Below are positions 13,463 to 27,701 of a stretch of DNA of 64,000 nucleotides, one piece after another. Position 1 is the stretch's first letter. Each line of letters begins with the position of its first letter. Below the pieces are notes generated by a model that was not told where the DNA came from, searched no databases, and saw nothing but the letters and a program-made list of their open reading frames with translations. This DNA is from Adineta vaga (taxonomy: Eukaryota > Animalia > Rotifera). The stretch lies in assembly GCA_021613535.1 (NCBI GenBank), contig CP075496.1:9424001-9488000 (forward strand), written 5' to 3'. The position numbers and the translations under genes were made by a program.

Positions 13463-14216
13463 GATGTATATACTCTGAAAAATAGTTAGAAATGGAAGAA
13501 TATGTGAGGAAAAAACATGACTATATTCTTCTCTTTTATCGTACTTTTTCTTCTTCTTCTTCTTCCAAGTTTTTAATTATTTTGGTACTCTACGAATCTT
13601 ATGTTCTAATTTCACTTTTTTGTATTCATCTAAGTGTTGACAATTAACTCTCAGAATAGTTTGTGGAATGTATTGAGAGAAAATATTCCAATCTCCGTTT
13701 ACAATTTTTACGAAAAATTGCGCATACTTCAAAAAACAATCAACTTCTTGTGTAATTAATCGAAAAATAAATTTCGAGTAACGAATAAAGTGAACACAGT
13801 ATAAGTTGAGTCATCGAGATGTGAAAATATTAAAAACTATGAATATAGTTCCACGTCGAAAAATTCAAAAACTCTTATCATAAAAATGATTTTGTCTCTC
13901 TCATGCCTTTGTGAATCTTTTCAATAGTTGATAATTACATATAAGAATAAGGAATCTTAGGCATTCACATATGGTGCCTTTTCTTCCATATTTAATCTTC
14001 TTTGAAACCTTTTCAAAACATTTCTCGTTGAATGCTCTTTAACTAGAAACGCATAAACATACTAGTTTTTCTTACAATGATGTTATGAATTACGTGGTAA
14101 AACTGACTAACTTTCATATCGTTCATAAGATAAGTTTTTGTGAGAATGTCTTATGTCTGTATAAAATAGCAAGAAATTTGAGTATATATATATATAAATA
14201 CATCAAAACATTTTCT

Positions 14217-15905
14217 CTATGCAAAAAGTTTAAGACAACAATTCCATCGATATTTGATTGAAACCCAGTCATTCGTTTCAGCCAGAGTATAAACGAGTTT
14301 TTCAGCTTGTACTCTGTTTTCCATCATTCGTTTGAAACCATCTTCGATTCCATTCAATCCACCTGGCATCTTTGTCACTCTGTTTGCCTTTAATAAACCT
14401 TTTGGTAATAAATAATCGGTCATTAATTTGTAAAACTTCTCGGCAAACTCTCTGTCTTCACGTTTAGCCGGATAATATTGACCAAAGAGAAGTCTCTCAA
14501 TTCCAAATATTGTGTACATTAATACTCGATATTCTGTAATATGTGCTGGTAATTCCGCTTTTATAAACGGTAAAACAGTTACTAGTTTTGATTGGTTTCC
14601 TGTCAATGCCGCACATATTAATTTCGTTGATTCTTTCTCGGAAATGCAATCAAATCCGTATGTTAGATCTCCATTTGTAACTTCGATTATCTTAGAAACA
14701 ACATTCGGATCATTATAATCAAAACAAATATCCGCACCAAGTCCTTGAAGATACTCATGACGCGCAGGTGATGCTGTAGTAATTACATGACAACCAATGG
14801 ATTTAGCTAATTGAATAGCGCATTGTCCAACACTTGTACTACCTGCCCAGACAAGAAAATTGGTATTAACTGTCGCAGGTGGAAATGGCAAACCCATCTC
14901 ATGAAATATGCCAAGAGCTGCTGTTATAGAAACAAGTGGAAGTGTAACAGCTTGTTCAGGTGTCATTGTCGATGGATAACGAAAAACGAGCGATGCTTCT
15001 TGTACAACATATTCCGAGAAAGCACCGCGAATATTCATTTCTGGATCGAGACCACCATGAACACAACCAACAACACGTTCATCTTTTCTATAATTACCTA
15101 AATAATGAATAATTATCATATCCAAATAACACATAGAAATTGTTTATGCGAAAAGGATTATGCTACTGTTGGAGTACAAATAAGTGCTGGAGTTCACGTT
15201 TACACGTCTGAATTAATCTTGGTTTTGTTTATCATCTTCTTTTTTCAATTATGAAAGCGATTGTTAACCTTTGAGTTACAAAAAAAAGTGCTTTTCCTTC
15301 TGTTTCTTTTATGAAGAACCTATACGATTAGATTATATTTTCTCATTAATCTGCATTAGTGTCATAGTCTGCAAGTTAGCTGATGAAATGAATGAGTGAA
15401 CGGAAAGAGTCAGAAGAAATGAAAAACAGAAGAATGACTATATCAGAAGTGTGAAAGCTCACTGATAACATCTATTGATATAGAATGTACTATTCATTAA
15501 ATAAGCAGATAGATGAATAACATGAGTGATTATCCGCTGTATAAGTACTTATCGAAAATTAATAACATTCAATAGTTTTCTTCATAGATAATCGAAGAAG
15601 AGATATGTATTCATACCAGCAGCCTTCTTCCCTATGCCAACGACTACACCAGCAAAATCACAACCAACTATTGATCCTTCTTTAGCCAAACCAAATTGAA
15701 CATGTTTCCAATCTGTTGGATTCTGTGCAACATGCGTAACTTTAATTAGAAGTTCTGTAGGTTCATATTTTGGCAACTAGGAAGAAAGAAATAATTAGGA
15801 AAATATGTACGTCTATTTCATAAAAATAAGTAAATCGCTGAATCTTACAGGTAGTTTTTCAATACGAAGTTTTTTATATTCGCCTACAACTAAAGCCACT
15901 GGCAT
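14217..15905 (-). CDS. MDR-family enoyl-reductase-like oxidoreductase, tandem copy 2; exons 15905-15849, 15776-15617, 15097-14217
   Basis: Near-identical paralogue of copy 1 with the same exon structure; intron 2 is 519 nt versus 249 nt. Confidence 0.9.
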
Positions 15906-17296
15906 GATGTATATTACTCTCAAAAGATAATTATAAATGAAAGAATAGAGGAGGAAAAGAACATGACTATTCTTCTCTTTTATCGTACTTTTTCTTCTTC
16001 TTCTTCCAATCTTTTAATTTTGCTAACACGCTATTAATCTCATCTTCGATTCTCGCTGTCAATATTCACCAAAGTGTTTACATTTAGCCTTCAAGAAAGT
16101 TCCTCTCATGTACTTCGAAAATATATGCTAATCTCTATCTACAGTCTTTTCAATAGTTCTTAGTTGAATACAAGAATATAGCATTTCAAATATGAATACG
16201 TAGTCTCTTGTTTTCATGTTTATTCTCTATGTTAATCCTATCAAAATATTTCACATTAAATGTTCTTTACGTAAAGATGGGTAAACATGCTAGTATTTCT
16301 TATAATGATATTATCAACTATATATAGTAGAAAAGAAACAACTTGTACGTCGTTTGGTTTTCTATAATGAAACTTAAACTGTTTGTATCATGAATGATCA
16401 TTTAATTTCTTATTATGTAGTTCGTCAAACTATCAAGAAAAACAATGTATGTATGTACTGAAGGAACATATCGTGAAGAAGAGCAATTTTAAATAATTGA
16501 AACAACAATTTATCACTAATAAGGAATGACTTCATTGATCATTACCTACTAAAGGTACTACTGAATGCTAGAATATCGATATTATGATGATTCATGCATA
16601 TATAGAAGGAATCAATTATCGATCGTTTATTCTTGTTTAAATTAATCAGAATAGTCAAATAAAATCATATTATCATGTTTCAAATAATCACTAATCTTGT
16701 TTTTTTTAAATGAAGATGACTTTTACTCCGTCTGTTCATTGAATGGTTTCATTAGATTTCAAGGTAAGAAGAAAACGTTAGAAAACAAGTGTTGTTCACC
16801 GACTGAAGTAGATAATAATGGTTTTCCAGAATTTTCATTGTAAGAATATATAGGATTGTTCTAATGGTATCAAAGAGCTTAGTTGCTATTATAAAAATTG
16901 CTTTTTTAATGAACATAATTATCAAAATAATGATTTAGTATTGCAGTGAAACTTCTCTATAATACGTACCGTCAGTACTTTCAAAAAAGATGATCATCAA
17001 TTTCATCGATCTGATTCATTTTTAATACACCACATACATTTATACATTTAGAGTATACATATACAAACATTTCTGTTTATTATATAATATTTTTTTGCAT
17101 TTTGTCAATGAAACATTGCCAAATATGAGAAGAATAATTAAGGAACTTTCTACCTTTCACGTGCTCATGAACGATTGTGAGCATCTTATTTATATTGTTT
17201 TTCAAATTTATATTTAAAATAGAAAAAAAAACTAGAATATTTGAAGATGATATTGTCTATTTGTTACATAAAAAAATAAAATCAATGGTTTCATAC

Positions 17297-19024
17297 TCAA
17301 CGAATCCACATTTGAAGAATCGAACTAACATGTGTATCTCTTGAAATTGAACATGTCGACGGTAATTGTTCATGAAACCATTGAATTAATTCATCATTCA
17401 TTGTTGATAAAAGTTTTTGTTTACCTCTATCATCTTTACATTGAAATGTTAATGAACGAAGATTAGTCATTGTATTGATAAGATTCAGTATATCATTGCG
17501 ATGTTGAACATCAATAACAAGTGTTTGACATTGACGTCCAAGTGGTGAACTAGCTAATGAATGACATTCATCTGTATTAAAATATGAATTATAGATCATC
17601 GATTGTTTATTAAAGAAATCGACTCGACGAATCGATTGATTTGTTAATGAGAACAAAGTTACATCTAAATCTGATAAATGAGAAAATCTCAATAGATAAA
17701 GATGTGGTGCACGATTTAATAAACATTGTAATTGTTCATATGCCGATGGACTTGATAATAAAGTAACATCAAGTGATTTTAAATGATTTAATGAAGAAAT
17801 ATTACGCAGAAATTCTTCATTAAATGGAAGTATTAAGTCTAAATGAGAAAGATTTGGAAATTGTATTGATGTACAAACGAAATGATTTAAAGTATTTCTA
17901 TCACATTGAAGATTTTTAACATAATTATATGATTGATAATCATTTTTATTTAGTAATGTTGATTTCGAACAGGATTCTTCAATAAAATGATAATCATGAA
18001 ATATATATGGAAGAGTATAAAGAATAGCACTATTAAATGGATCTGATGAATTCCAGTCACATCGAACATACCATTGATGTTTTTTAATCCAAAATTCGGT
18101 TTGAAATGTCGTTAATAATTCATCAGCAGCATCATCAATATTATAATTTTGTGGAAATTGAAAAGACATTTTAAATTGAAAAGATTTTAAATTTGGAAGA
18201 TAATCATGAAGAATTGTTTGCCATTCATCACCATCTAATAAAAGATATGATGTACTGATTGTTAATGAATGTAAATAAGGCATCTGTTGAAAAAGATTCA
18301 CCATTGATGGTATTGAACCATCGTATGAAAGAGTTAATTTAGTTAATAATGGTAGAGTCATTGGAAGTTTTTCGATCTTTTCTGTACATACAATAGTAGT
18401 AGATAATTGTCGAAGAGAAGGTGTTTGCTGAAAAACATATGATAAATAATGAAAATCACAGATAATATTTTTTATTGAGAGATATTTCATAGATGATGAT
18501 ATACTTGATAATTCCGAGAAACATGTACCTTTGGAGATGAGACTATCCAAATGACAATTGATTAATTTTGGTAATTTCCAAATATGATCAATTAATTGTT
18601 TTTCTTTATATTCACAGAAACATTTAACTAATTTCAAATGCGTTATTTGTTGACATTGGACGATGATTTGATTTAATAGATCTATTGATTGAATAGAATA
18701 TAACGAAAGTGATTTGAGATGAACAAATTGATTTAGTAGAAAACTTTGTGATAGAAATATTTGTGGAAGATTTGGTGTTTCATCATCATTAGATAAATGA
18801 AGTGAAACAATTTTATTACTAATTTTTGACAAATGTTGTTGACAGATAAGATCAAAATCATATTTTGAAATCGATCGAAAATCCACCGAATACGAATGAA
18901 AAGATACATGAAGAAGTTGATTTAATCGAGAATTTAAATTAAAGAATACATGGAAAAGATCACGAATAGAAAAATATTCAAATATATCGAGTAATATTTC
19001 ATTTGGAAGATATTCAAGCTTCAT
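17297..19024 (-). CDS. F-box/LRR-like protein, single exon, 575 aa
   Basis: MKLEYLPNEILLDIFEYF..DLFHVFFNLNSRLNQLL F-box start; LRR-like repeats; FQTEFWIKKHQWYV..LYTLPY motif. Confidence 0.88.
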   Translation of the reverse strand: MKLEYLPNEILLDIFEYFSIRDLFHVFFNLNSRLNQLLHVSFHSYSVDFRSISKYDFDLICQQHLSKISNKIVSLHLSNDDETPNLPQIFLSQSFLLNQFVHLKSLSLYSIQSIDLLNQIIVQCQQITHLKLVKCFCEYKEKQLIDHIWKLPKLINCHLDSLISKGTCFSELSSISSSMKYLSIKNIICDFHYLSYVFQQTPSLRQLSTTIVCTEKIEKLPMTLPLLTKLTLSYDGSIPSMVNLFQQMPYLHSLTISTSYLLLDGDEWQTILHDYLPNLKSFQFKMSFQFPQNYNIDDAADELLTTFQTEFWIKKHQWYVRCDWNSSDPFNSAILYTLPYIFHDYHFIEESCSKSTLLNKNDYQSYNYVKNLQCDRNTLNHFVCTSIQFPNLSHLDLILPFNEEFLRNISSLNHLKSLDVTLLSSPSAYEQLQCLLNRAPHLYLLRFSHLSDLDVTLFSLTNQSIRRVDFFNKQSMIYNSYFNTDECHSLASSPLGRQCQTLVIDVQHRNDILNLINTMTNLRSLTFQCKDDRGKQKLLSTMNDELIQWFHEQLPSTCSISRDTHVSSILQMWIR

Positions 19025-19546
19025 ATCATTTGATGTTTTTGTGTTATGATAATGAAAAATACACGTTTATTTGTATTCATGTTTTTCTCTTTCTGTCACG
19101 TAAAATAATAATTTGATCGAATAAGAAAACTTGTCACTTCTCCTTTCTGAACAACAACGCCCTCTAGAGATACATTTTTTAATTACAACATCACAATATT
19201 CTATCATTGAAAAAGTCTCTGATACAAATTCGAGATTCTACGAAAAAAAAAACAAAGCTTATATTCTTGTTAAAAAGTAAATTTTCTCGCATATTATTAT
19301 GTTTTGACAAGTTTATAAAAATATTAGACGTATATTTTTCTGAAATTATCATCGAAAACAAACTATATCAATAAATTAAAGAGGAAAGAGAAACATTCTC
19401 ATTTTCTCATTAAACATCAAAACAATCTTGTTTATTCAAGTAAAGCGATCTATTTATATTATATATCATAATTGATTTCGTTGTTATAGAATTCACCCTC
19501 GGTTAATTGCTTATAGCGATATGTAATTATTATCGTCAAATCATAA

Positions 19547-19570
19547 ATACAACAACAACAACAACAACAA
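19547..19570 (+). repeat. (CAA)n microsatellite
   Basis: About 7 tandem CAA/AAC units. Confidence 0.8.
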
Positions 19571-21222
19571 GTACCGACATATGACAACAGTTAAGAAATT
19601 TTTGTTGACTTCTTTGTCACGAAAGTAATAGAGTTTACTAGAAGATCGCGAGGAAATATATAAGTTTCTATTTAATCTCAATTTTCGATAATCAAATGTT
19701 GAATTAATGTCACCATACGAACAAATAAATATACTATTTCCATTTAAAGAAGACTTGCTGTGACACAAAAAAAGAACATTAAATAATTGTTCTATATTTT
19801 CTGCTCATTTTCAGTATTTATCATGAGAAAAAAATCTTTCTTTTTCTTACTAATATTTATATGATCTTAGGATCGCAGTTATAAAAGCATGTGAAGCAAC
19901 AGTGTATAACTAGTTATTCCTTCGACAAACACAGTCGGATCTATAGAATAGGATAGCATTTATTTAAGATTAAATAAATGTAGTAAACCTGTATGACTTC
20001 GAGCAAGATAAGAGAATTTATAAGATCATAACGAGCAATTTGATCAGCTTTTTGCATTCACAGCTGATGCGGAAGAAGATAAATATCGACTCTCAACAAA
20101 CCTTTTTTGATGTTATGACTTCTGTGATGATATTAGTGTAAATAAAAGAAAGAGAGCTAATTCGTTACCTGGGAATCCACACCCACATACCCTCAAGATG
20201 GTTACTTATCACAAAGTCCAATATGTGCTTTCCAATAAATCAAGTTTATTTTACAAATCCGACACAACATATACAATATTCATTTTTCTGTATAATTTAC
20301 AGCTGAATCTTAAATTGAAATTAGTCAAGGAACTATTTTAAGTTGTAGTCAGCGTTCTGAGAATGAAGTCAAAGTCCATATTCATGATTTTCTACATGTA
20401 TATGTTCATGCAATAGTCCGTCATATGAAAAGTGGACAAGTGTCAAGATGCCGTCGTAAAATACATGCAAATAAATTAAAGAAATGTTAACATAAGTCTT
20501 GAGATTTCGATCATTTTTCTTCATCAAAATGATTTATATTATTTACTGCGCGAATAGTAAGAGCACACTGTTCTATTTACTTTTGAAGCAAAAGTTTCTA
20601 ACTTTAATGTTTAATTAGTTATTTGGCAATGACATACTATATGATCAAATAAACAAGACAAAAAGTCAGTCATAGTAAATACATAAAACTATTAATCATT
20701 TCAATTTTTTTCGCGTTTGCATAGATGACTGAATTATATGTAAGAATCGAAAACCATGCTATAGCTACTCATTCTTTACCTTCTCTTTCGCTGAAAAATG
20801 TTGATTATCATTCAACATGCTCGTTTTTAAGAGTAAATATTTTTCTTCACAGATTACTTTTTTTATCGCCTTTAGTTTTACAAAAAAGAAACTTCACTTC
20901 CTACGAGTAAGAAGAAAATAAAATATATATACTAAGAAGCTAAGATATTACCTTTTATGGTTAGGGTTAATAAAGACATATATGCTGTAATGATTAAATT
21001 AAGTTAATCTTTTTATTGAAAAATATGCATACTGTTTTGTCCAATGTTTTCTGTGTGTATACAATACAAGCAGACGAAACGCCTTCTTCTACATAACGTT
21101 TCGTGGTTATCTTGCAGACATTTGCGTAGGAAGAGTTATGGATATAAATTTTTTTCTCTCATCTATCCAGTTGTCAAGTTAATTAATTATATAATACGTA
21201 GTTATCTATTTATATTTTAGAA

Positions 21223-23328
21223 ATGTCCAAACAAGCAGACAGACATCCTGCATGTCTATTTCGTACAGGTATTTCATAGATATATTGTAATAAGAATCGA
21301 ATAGAGCATGTCAATTAATTAGCATTTTTCCAAACGAATATATTTTTGTTATAGACAAGCCGTGGCTTGATCGACAGTTTAAGGCAGACGGATCCATTGT
21401 GAAACCTGAGGAACTCATTAGTTCGACACAAGATCCTCCTGACAAAGTCGATAGTGATACTCTCAATCGTGTTCACGGTTCAATAGCTGGAATGGCTCTA
21501 GGTGATGCTCTCGGCGCTTTTGTTGAATTTCGACCACGTGAATTTCTTCTCGCCAATCCAGTCAAAAATCTACAAGGAGGAGGAACTTGGGGCCTCGAAA
21601 AAGGACAGGTACATCATCTCTCTAATAATGTATCTAGTATCGAAAATTTCCTACTATTGCAGCAAAAATTCGATGTAAAAAATACGGTTCTAGATTAGTT
21701 GAGTTCTTTGATAATTTCTGATTGTTTATATAACCAATGATCAATGAAAAATCATTTTAGTTTACCGACGACACTTCGATGGCTCTTTGTCTGGCTAATT
21801 CTTTAATCGCTCGACAAGATTTCGTTCCTTATGATCAATTAGTTCGCTATAAATGGTGGTTCAAAAATGGTTATATGTCTTCAACAGGCAAATGTTTCGA
21901 TATTGGCACAGCAACTAGAGAGTCTCTGACTGAGTTTGAACGTCGTCAAAATGGTTACGCTAACAAACATAGAATACCTATGAAACAAATGAATAATCTT
22001 TCTGATCAGGAACATCTCAAGAAATTCAATGTATATTGCAGTCGCGAAGGTGTAGCCGGCAACGGAGCACTAATGCGACTTGCGCCAGTTCCATTATTCT
22101 TTCACAAACATCCTCTTGAAGCTGTCGCCTTTTCAGGTTTTAGCGGTGCCATTAGTCATGGTGACAGAGTTTCGTTTGATGCTTGCCGTTACTATGGTGC
22201 TCTGATTGTTGCTGCTGTACATGGTCTTAGTAAAGAAGAACTAACTAGCAACGAGTTTTATCTTCAGTATCAATATTTATTTAATAACATATCAATTCAT
22301 CCAGAAATTCTGAAAATTGCACAAGGCTCCTATAAACGAAAGGGCGGATATGATCAAGGTATTCGTGGTCGAGGTTATGTCGTCAATGCTTTAGAAGCTG
22401 CTTTGTGGTCTTTTTCGACTACAGACTCATTTGAAACAGGTGCTGTAGCTGCTGTTAGTCTCGGTGATGATACTGATACGACAGCAGCTATCTATGGTCA
22501 ACTAGCTGGTGCTTACTATGGCTACAAAGGTTTGCCAGAACACTGGTTGAAGGATCTGTACGCTGCTAGGTTCATTAGATGTATTAGTAAATGGATTGTT
22601 TATGAAGGAGAGAGATGGCAGCCTGGACATACATCTATCCCAGCTGGTCCATCTTTTCATCCTCCACCGGAGTCTAAGTTAGCTAACAGCTCATCATACA
22701 AGAAGGAGAAACCTTTGACTGAGCATGCAAGGCATAACCCAACACCTTCAGATGCATCAAAAGCTGAACAGTTCAGAAAAAAATATTCTAAAATCAATCC
22801 GAACCACACTGCTTCAAATTCGACAATCCATTCTAATAGCACGTCATCTTCGAAGTTAAAATCTACTTCAGAAAAATCAGAAATCAACCCGAGTAAACAT
22901 ACTTCTGGTACATCATTATATAACACTGATGCTCCTCAAGCGTCTTCCTCAGAATCGAATTCTCAACGACATTCATCAAATCACTGGTACTCCATCTACT
23001 CTTTTACATGTAAGATCACTAAGCTCTATTACACATTTATCATTCATACCGTACTAATCTTTAACATTTTGTGTTTTTTTTAGCAATCACTTCGGGTAAA
23101 ACTCCACAGTCATATGATGATGTTTTTAATTGGCTTTGTTCAATAAATCAGAACTATAAGAGTTATGCAGATGCGTTAAGAAAAGATTATGTTGATGGAT
23201 TTTGGCTTCTTAATTACATTGATGATCAATGTCTATATAAAAAATATGGAGTGAAAGATGAAGGTCATCGTCGAGATATTCTCAATTCCATTGAAAAATT
23301 AAAATTAATTAATTCAGCGCAGTTCTGA
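21223..23328 (+). CDS. ADP-ribosylglycohydrolase (ARH/DraG family) with a C-terminal SAM domain; exons 21223-21268, 21355-21608, 21761-23009, 23084-23328 (597 aa)
   Basis: GMALGDALGA, GQ|FTDDTSMALCLA, FDIG, GNGALMRLAP and LGDDTDTTAAIYGQLAGA are all intact. A Ser-rich linker leads to the SAM-like DVFNWLCSI..YKSYADALRKDYVDGFWLL..YGVKDEGHRRDILNSIEKL. All intron phases are consistent. Confidence 0.9.
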
Positions 23329-24648
23329 AGCAACAAAAATACAAAATGATTCAAGAAATTTTTATTCGTTTTTCGAAGTACTGTAACAGAAAATTTTTGA
23401 ATCCAACTTCCATCCTTCTTCCTCAATCAGAACAATTCTATAATTTTAATTATATGAAATAAATATTGACATTAATGCATTTCTTCCTTTCATAATACTT
23501 ACATCTACAAATACAAACTCAAATAATGATAAGAAACAACTATTTGTCTTTCTTGATCACGTATAATACTCAAATTTAGAGATGGTATCACTTGTCTTCA
23601 TGGGTAAAATGATAAATCAATCTGTATTCATATGAAAAGATACGTAGCGAATATAGATTAAAAACTTTTCATCATTTCGTAACATTTTGTTGATCATTCT
23701 ATATCTATACATTTTTACTGCGGAATATACAAATCGATGATTAGAATTTGAATTCATTTATTTTGATCGTAATAAACAAACTCAATTTTCTATAATAAAA
23801 CTAACAAAAAAATTCTTTTCTCTCATTTTTTTTTCATTATCAAAAACTAGAGCTATTATAAAAAGCAATTAAAATAGACTGTTCACCGCACAGTTACTTT
23901 TATTAAGAAAGACAATTGATTCAATTGTAAGTAAACTTTCTTTTGAAATCTTTTCAAATTTATTACTTGAATCATATAGAAAATACAGTAATATAGTGCT
24001 AGAGATTGTTCTTATGCCAAAAGAAACTAAAAACTCTCATGTTTTACTTATCGAATTCGATAGTTTGCTTTAAACTATTGAATAGGTTTAATTGAGTTCA
24101 TAATTTTTCTTATATACATGAATATACCGTACACATAGTAGTTAATATGCAAGCGAACTAATGTGTGAATAACATCTAACTGTTTAATCTTCATAATTTT
24201 ACATCTTACTAATGATTGCTTTTCTCATTATTAAGCGGAAAGGGAGCAACCCTTACTAGGTAGTATTATTGTTCGATGTTCTGTTGCAAAATCTTGATAC
24301 GTTTTGTTCAAATAGACAAAAGATCAAAATACCTATTTGACACAAAACTAGTATTCTTACAAGTATAGTCATAAACCATATTCAAATGACGAAGCAATTT
24401 TGGTCTCTTTTCTTGTCAGTGAACATTTATTTTAATATGAGAAAACTCTAATAAAATGTAAATAAATGTTATTCATCCAAAAGAGAAATACATACGTAGA
24501 AAAATAAATCTCAACATGTAAAAAAAAAAGAATTCAAAATAAAAGTACGATGCTTGTGCCAACGTTTGAACTGAGATAGTAGTAATGAATAATCGTCGAT
24601 CAAACAGGCTATAATAAGACGCAAAAAGAATAATTAAAAATATCAATT

Positions 24649-25032
24649 TCAAACGTAACTTACTGTAAAACTCATGATGACATGAATTTCACCACGAGTT
24701 GACAATCCTAAATGTGCTGGTAATTTTATCCATTCATCAAATTCACCACCATCAAATACGTGTTTGAGTTTAATCTTACATTTTCCAATGGTATCTCGAC
24801 CAATCAGATCAGCATCATAAACATCAAAATGAATTGTATCATCACCTTTATGTATATTAAATCTTAGTTGTTCATTCCATTCTGGATTGTTACTGTTTTT
24901 AATTGTTCGCGTACGTTGTTTGTATTTTTTCTGGGTATACACTTCAACATAAGCATCGTTTTCTCCAATAATATCACAGTTTTTCAGACTACGACCTGAT
25001 ACTACCGTTACTTCCAACACACCTTGAACCAT
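24649..25032 (-). CDS. Small single C2-domain protein (similar to plant elicitor-responsive C2 proteins)
   Basis: GVLEVTVVSGRSLKNCD..NDAYVEV..NPEWNEQLRF..DVYDADLIGRDTIG with Ca-binding Asp residues. A donor site near 24662 means the 3' end may be spliced. Confidence 0.85.
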   Translation of the reverse strand: MVQGVLEVTVVSGRSLKNCDIIGENDAYVEVYTQKKYKQRTRTIKNSNNPEWNEQLRFNIHKGDDTIHFDVYDADLIGRDTIGKCKIKLKHVFDGGEFDEWIKLPAHLGLSTRGEIHVIMSFTVSYV

Positions 25033-27701
25033 TTTATTTTGATTGATCAATACACGTAAGCGGCGAAACAAAATATTACTATGGTTTGTATATATTCAAT
25101 GTTTAATACAATTCTCGCTTTTATACCTATTGAAGAGAGAGACAGAGAGAGAACGAATCCATTGAATTCTGTTTTATCCACCTCGTCTGTTATAATATGA
25201 TTCATATATTATGACTCAGTCGCTTATTCGAGACTTTTCGACCTCTTATAGAAACTATTCCACTGTTATGAATGACGAATGAAAATTATATTAAAAATTG
25301 ATTAACATACATTACTATAATAAACACCGAAAGATTCGTTATTCGAGAAGTCTTGTCATATACTATGGAATCTCTTCGAATGTCGCAGATCACATTCTGA
25401 TCGTTTATAAAATATCATTTTTTCTTTTTCTCCACTACTATATTATATATACCATTCAGATTTGAAGTGTTGAATTGTTACTCACATCACTTAAAAATGA
25501 TTTATAGAAATATTACTCATTTCTCAAATCAAGTGTAAAAGCAATAGCTTCAACTGATTTACATAGAGACGGTTGTAACTTCAATTCTATGACTCATTTC
25601 ATATAGAAATAAAAGAAAATAAGAAAATACTGCGAAAATGTAATGTAATTTTGTTTTACGTCACGTAATGGACCTCATTTATTACGATTATAAAATAACC
25701 TTATTTATTCTACTCTGTGAGAAAGACTGTCACAGATTCAACTGGAGCACCAATAGATATATTTGGAAAAAAAAACAATATTTTAATTATAACGCTCTAA
25801 ACTATCGACAGTAATATTAACAAAGATGAATTTATTTTAAAATACTTTCAAATTCTTCTTGTACTGAGCGGATATTATTTGAACTTGTGTTACTATATTT
25901 CTTCGAGTATTCAGTATGAAAATCTCTTGTTCTCTAAATATAGACGAGAGATTTCTCATCTTATCGGTACACTAGTGAAAAAACAATAAAGATATACATA
26001 CGAAATATAACAGAAATAGAAAAAAAATACACAAGTGTGTTTAAATGTCCTTATATTATAAAAATCATAACTAATAAAGATAGGAAGTGACATTTTAGTT
26101 TAAGAAAACTATAAAAAGATATATATTAGAGTGTTTATTGATTTCCGTTTGCATATGCAGTTGAGGAAAGACCCGAAGATATAAAGAAGATAAAATAAAT
26201 ATTAGTTAGTAAAACTAAACGACTGATTGTTCAAAAATTGTATCACTATTATCTTTTTCTTTGCATACTGCTGGCTTGTTGACACCAATGTATTTGCGAT
26301 CATCTGATGATTGATCAGAATAATGTTGATCTTTTTTTTGAACTAGAGGTAAAGCTTCTTTACGGTTCTGTTTACTACAGCAAAGTAGCCATGCTTCCAC
26401 AATATATTCAGTTATAAACATAGCTTCAGTGAATGTGATGATTGGCTATCTGATAGAGATGACAATTCGATAAGAAAATGCACACAGATAGTTAGGCAAT
26501 TCATATATGACAGACAAGGAATCAACTAATGTATAAAAAGAAGTCTTAACCAAATGAGTTGCAGTTATTAGATGTCGAATAATATGATGGTCATAGATAT
26601 AAGTAAGCCACGCTCGATGAGTGATTACTTTCAGATACAGTATTATTTATGACAAAGAGACTCGAGGGTTCTGTAAAATTTTCCAAAATTATTCAAGTGA
26701 GAACTGATTGATTATACCATATAATAATATGATTGTTTTCTCATTCACTTACATAAATTCCAGTTTGATTCCACTCAACGCATGGTCTAAATTGCGATTG
26801 ATTAAAAGGTGTAACTAATATATGGAGAGAAGAAATGTTTTCGGTATGATTGTCGATTATTCAATAAGAGCGAAAGTTTCACGGGCTTCTACACCGAAGA
26901 TATACAATTATTTTACATACTTTTATATTTTATAATAATTATTATTGAAGAAGACAACTTTACTGATCTGAAATCTGTTGACTTTAATCTACTGTAGTTT
27001 TACAAAGCAACTATATAAAAGAAATTGCCTATTTATAAAAATATTGTCATCAACCAAATCTTCAACTTCATTTTAAAATTTGTAGAAACTCGTTTATTTC
27101 TATGTTTACTAGTAGTTATATAAAATGCTTAACGACGGTTTAACTAAAAAGACTTGAATGACATATTTAAAACTGTCATGAATCAATTCTCGGTAATAAA
27201 ATCTTCACAATAAAGTTTACAAATGAACAACACGTTTCGAATATTTGAGACGATAATTTAATAGTATCCCAATAATCATAAAAGTACATTTGTTCAGTAT
27301 GATAATATCTATCATTTTATTAGTTATCATGTTCTTTTTTTTATTCACAAAGAAAAACAGATTGAAAAAGAAACAAAATTATGCAAATCTTTCGATGTAG
27401 TGTGTCTTTCATTCTATTTGAAAGAAACCTACGAAACAATAACGTTCCTTCATATTGATCTAAAGTAATTGTAAGAAGTCGATAGAGAGAGAGACAGATT
27501 CTTTTCTTTTTTTCAATTTCTCGATATAATTTATAATAGAAGAAGGTTTACACTTGTCTATCAGAAATTTGCGAGCTTATCAAAGAATATGTACAAGAAG
27601 AAAAGTTTCAAAGTATATACCGTACTTAGAAGAAAATTCAAGGTATCGAAGTAATTATTGATTGATTCAGATTAGTCTTATTCATTTCTTTTGTTCTATT
27701 C

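Noticed and set aside
12339-15101. Duplicated plus-strand ORFs of 68 and 96 aa
   Set aside because: Antisense shadows of the duplicated reductase exons.
26215-26900. 68-aa ORF with slightly GC-richer flanks
   Set aside because: No recognisable domain or convincing gene structure.
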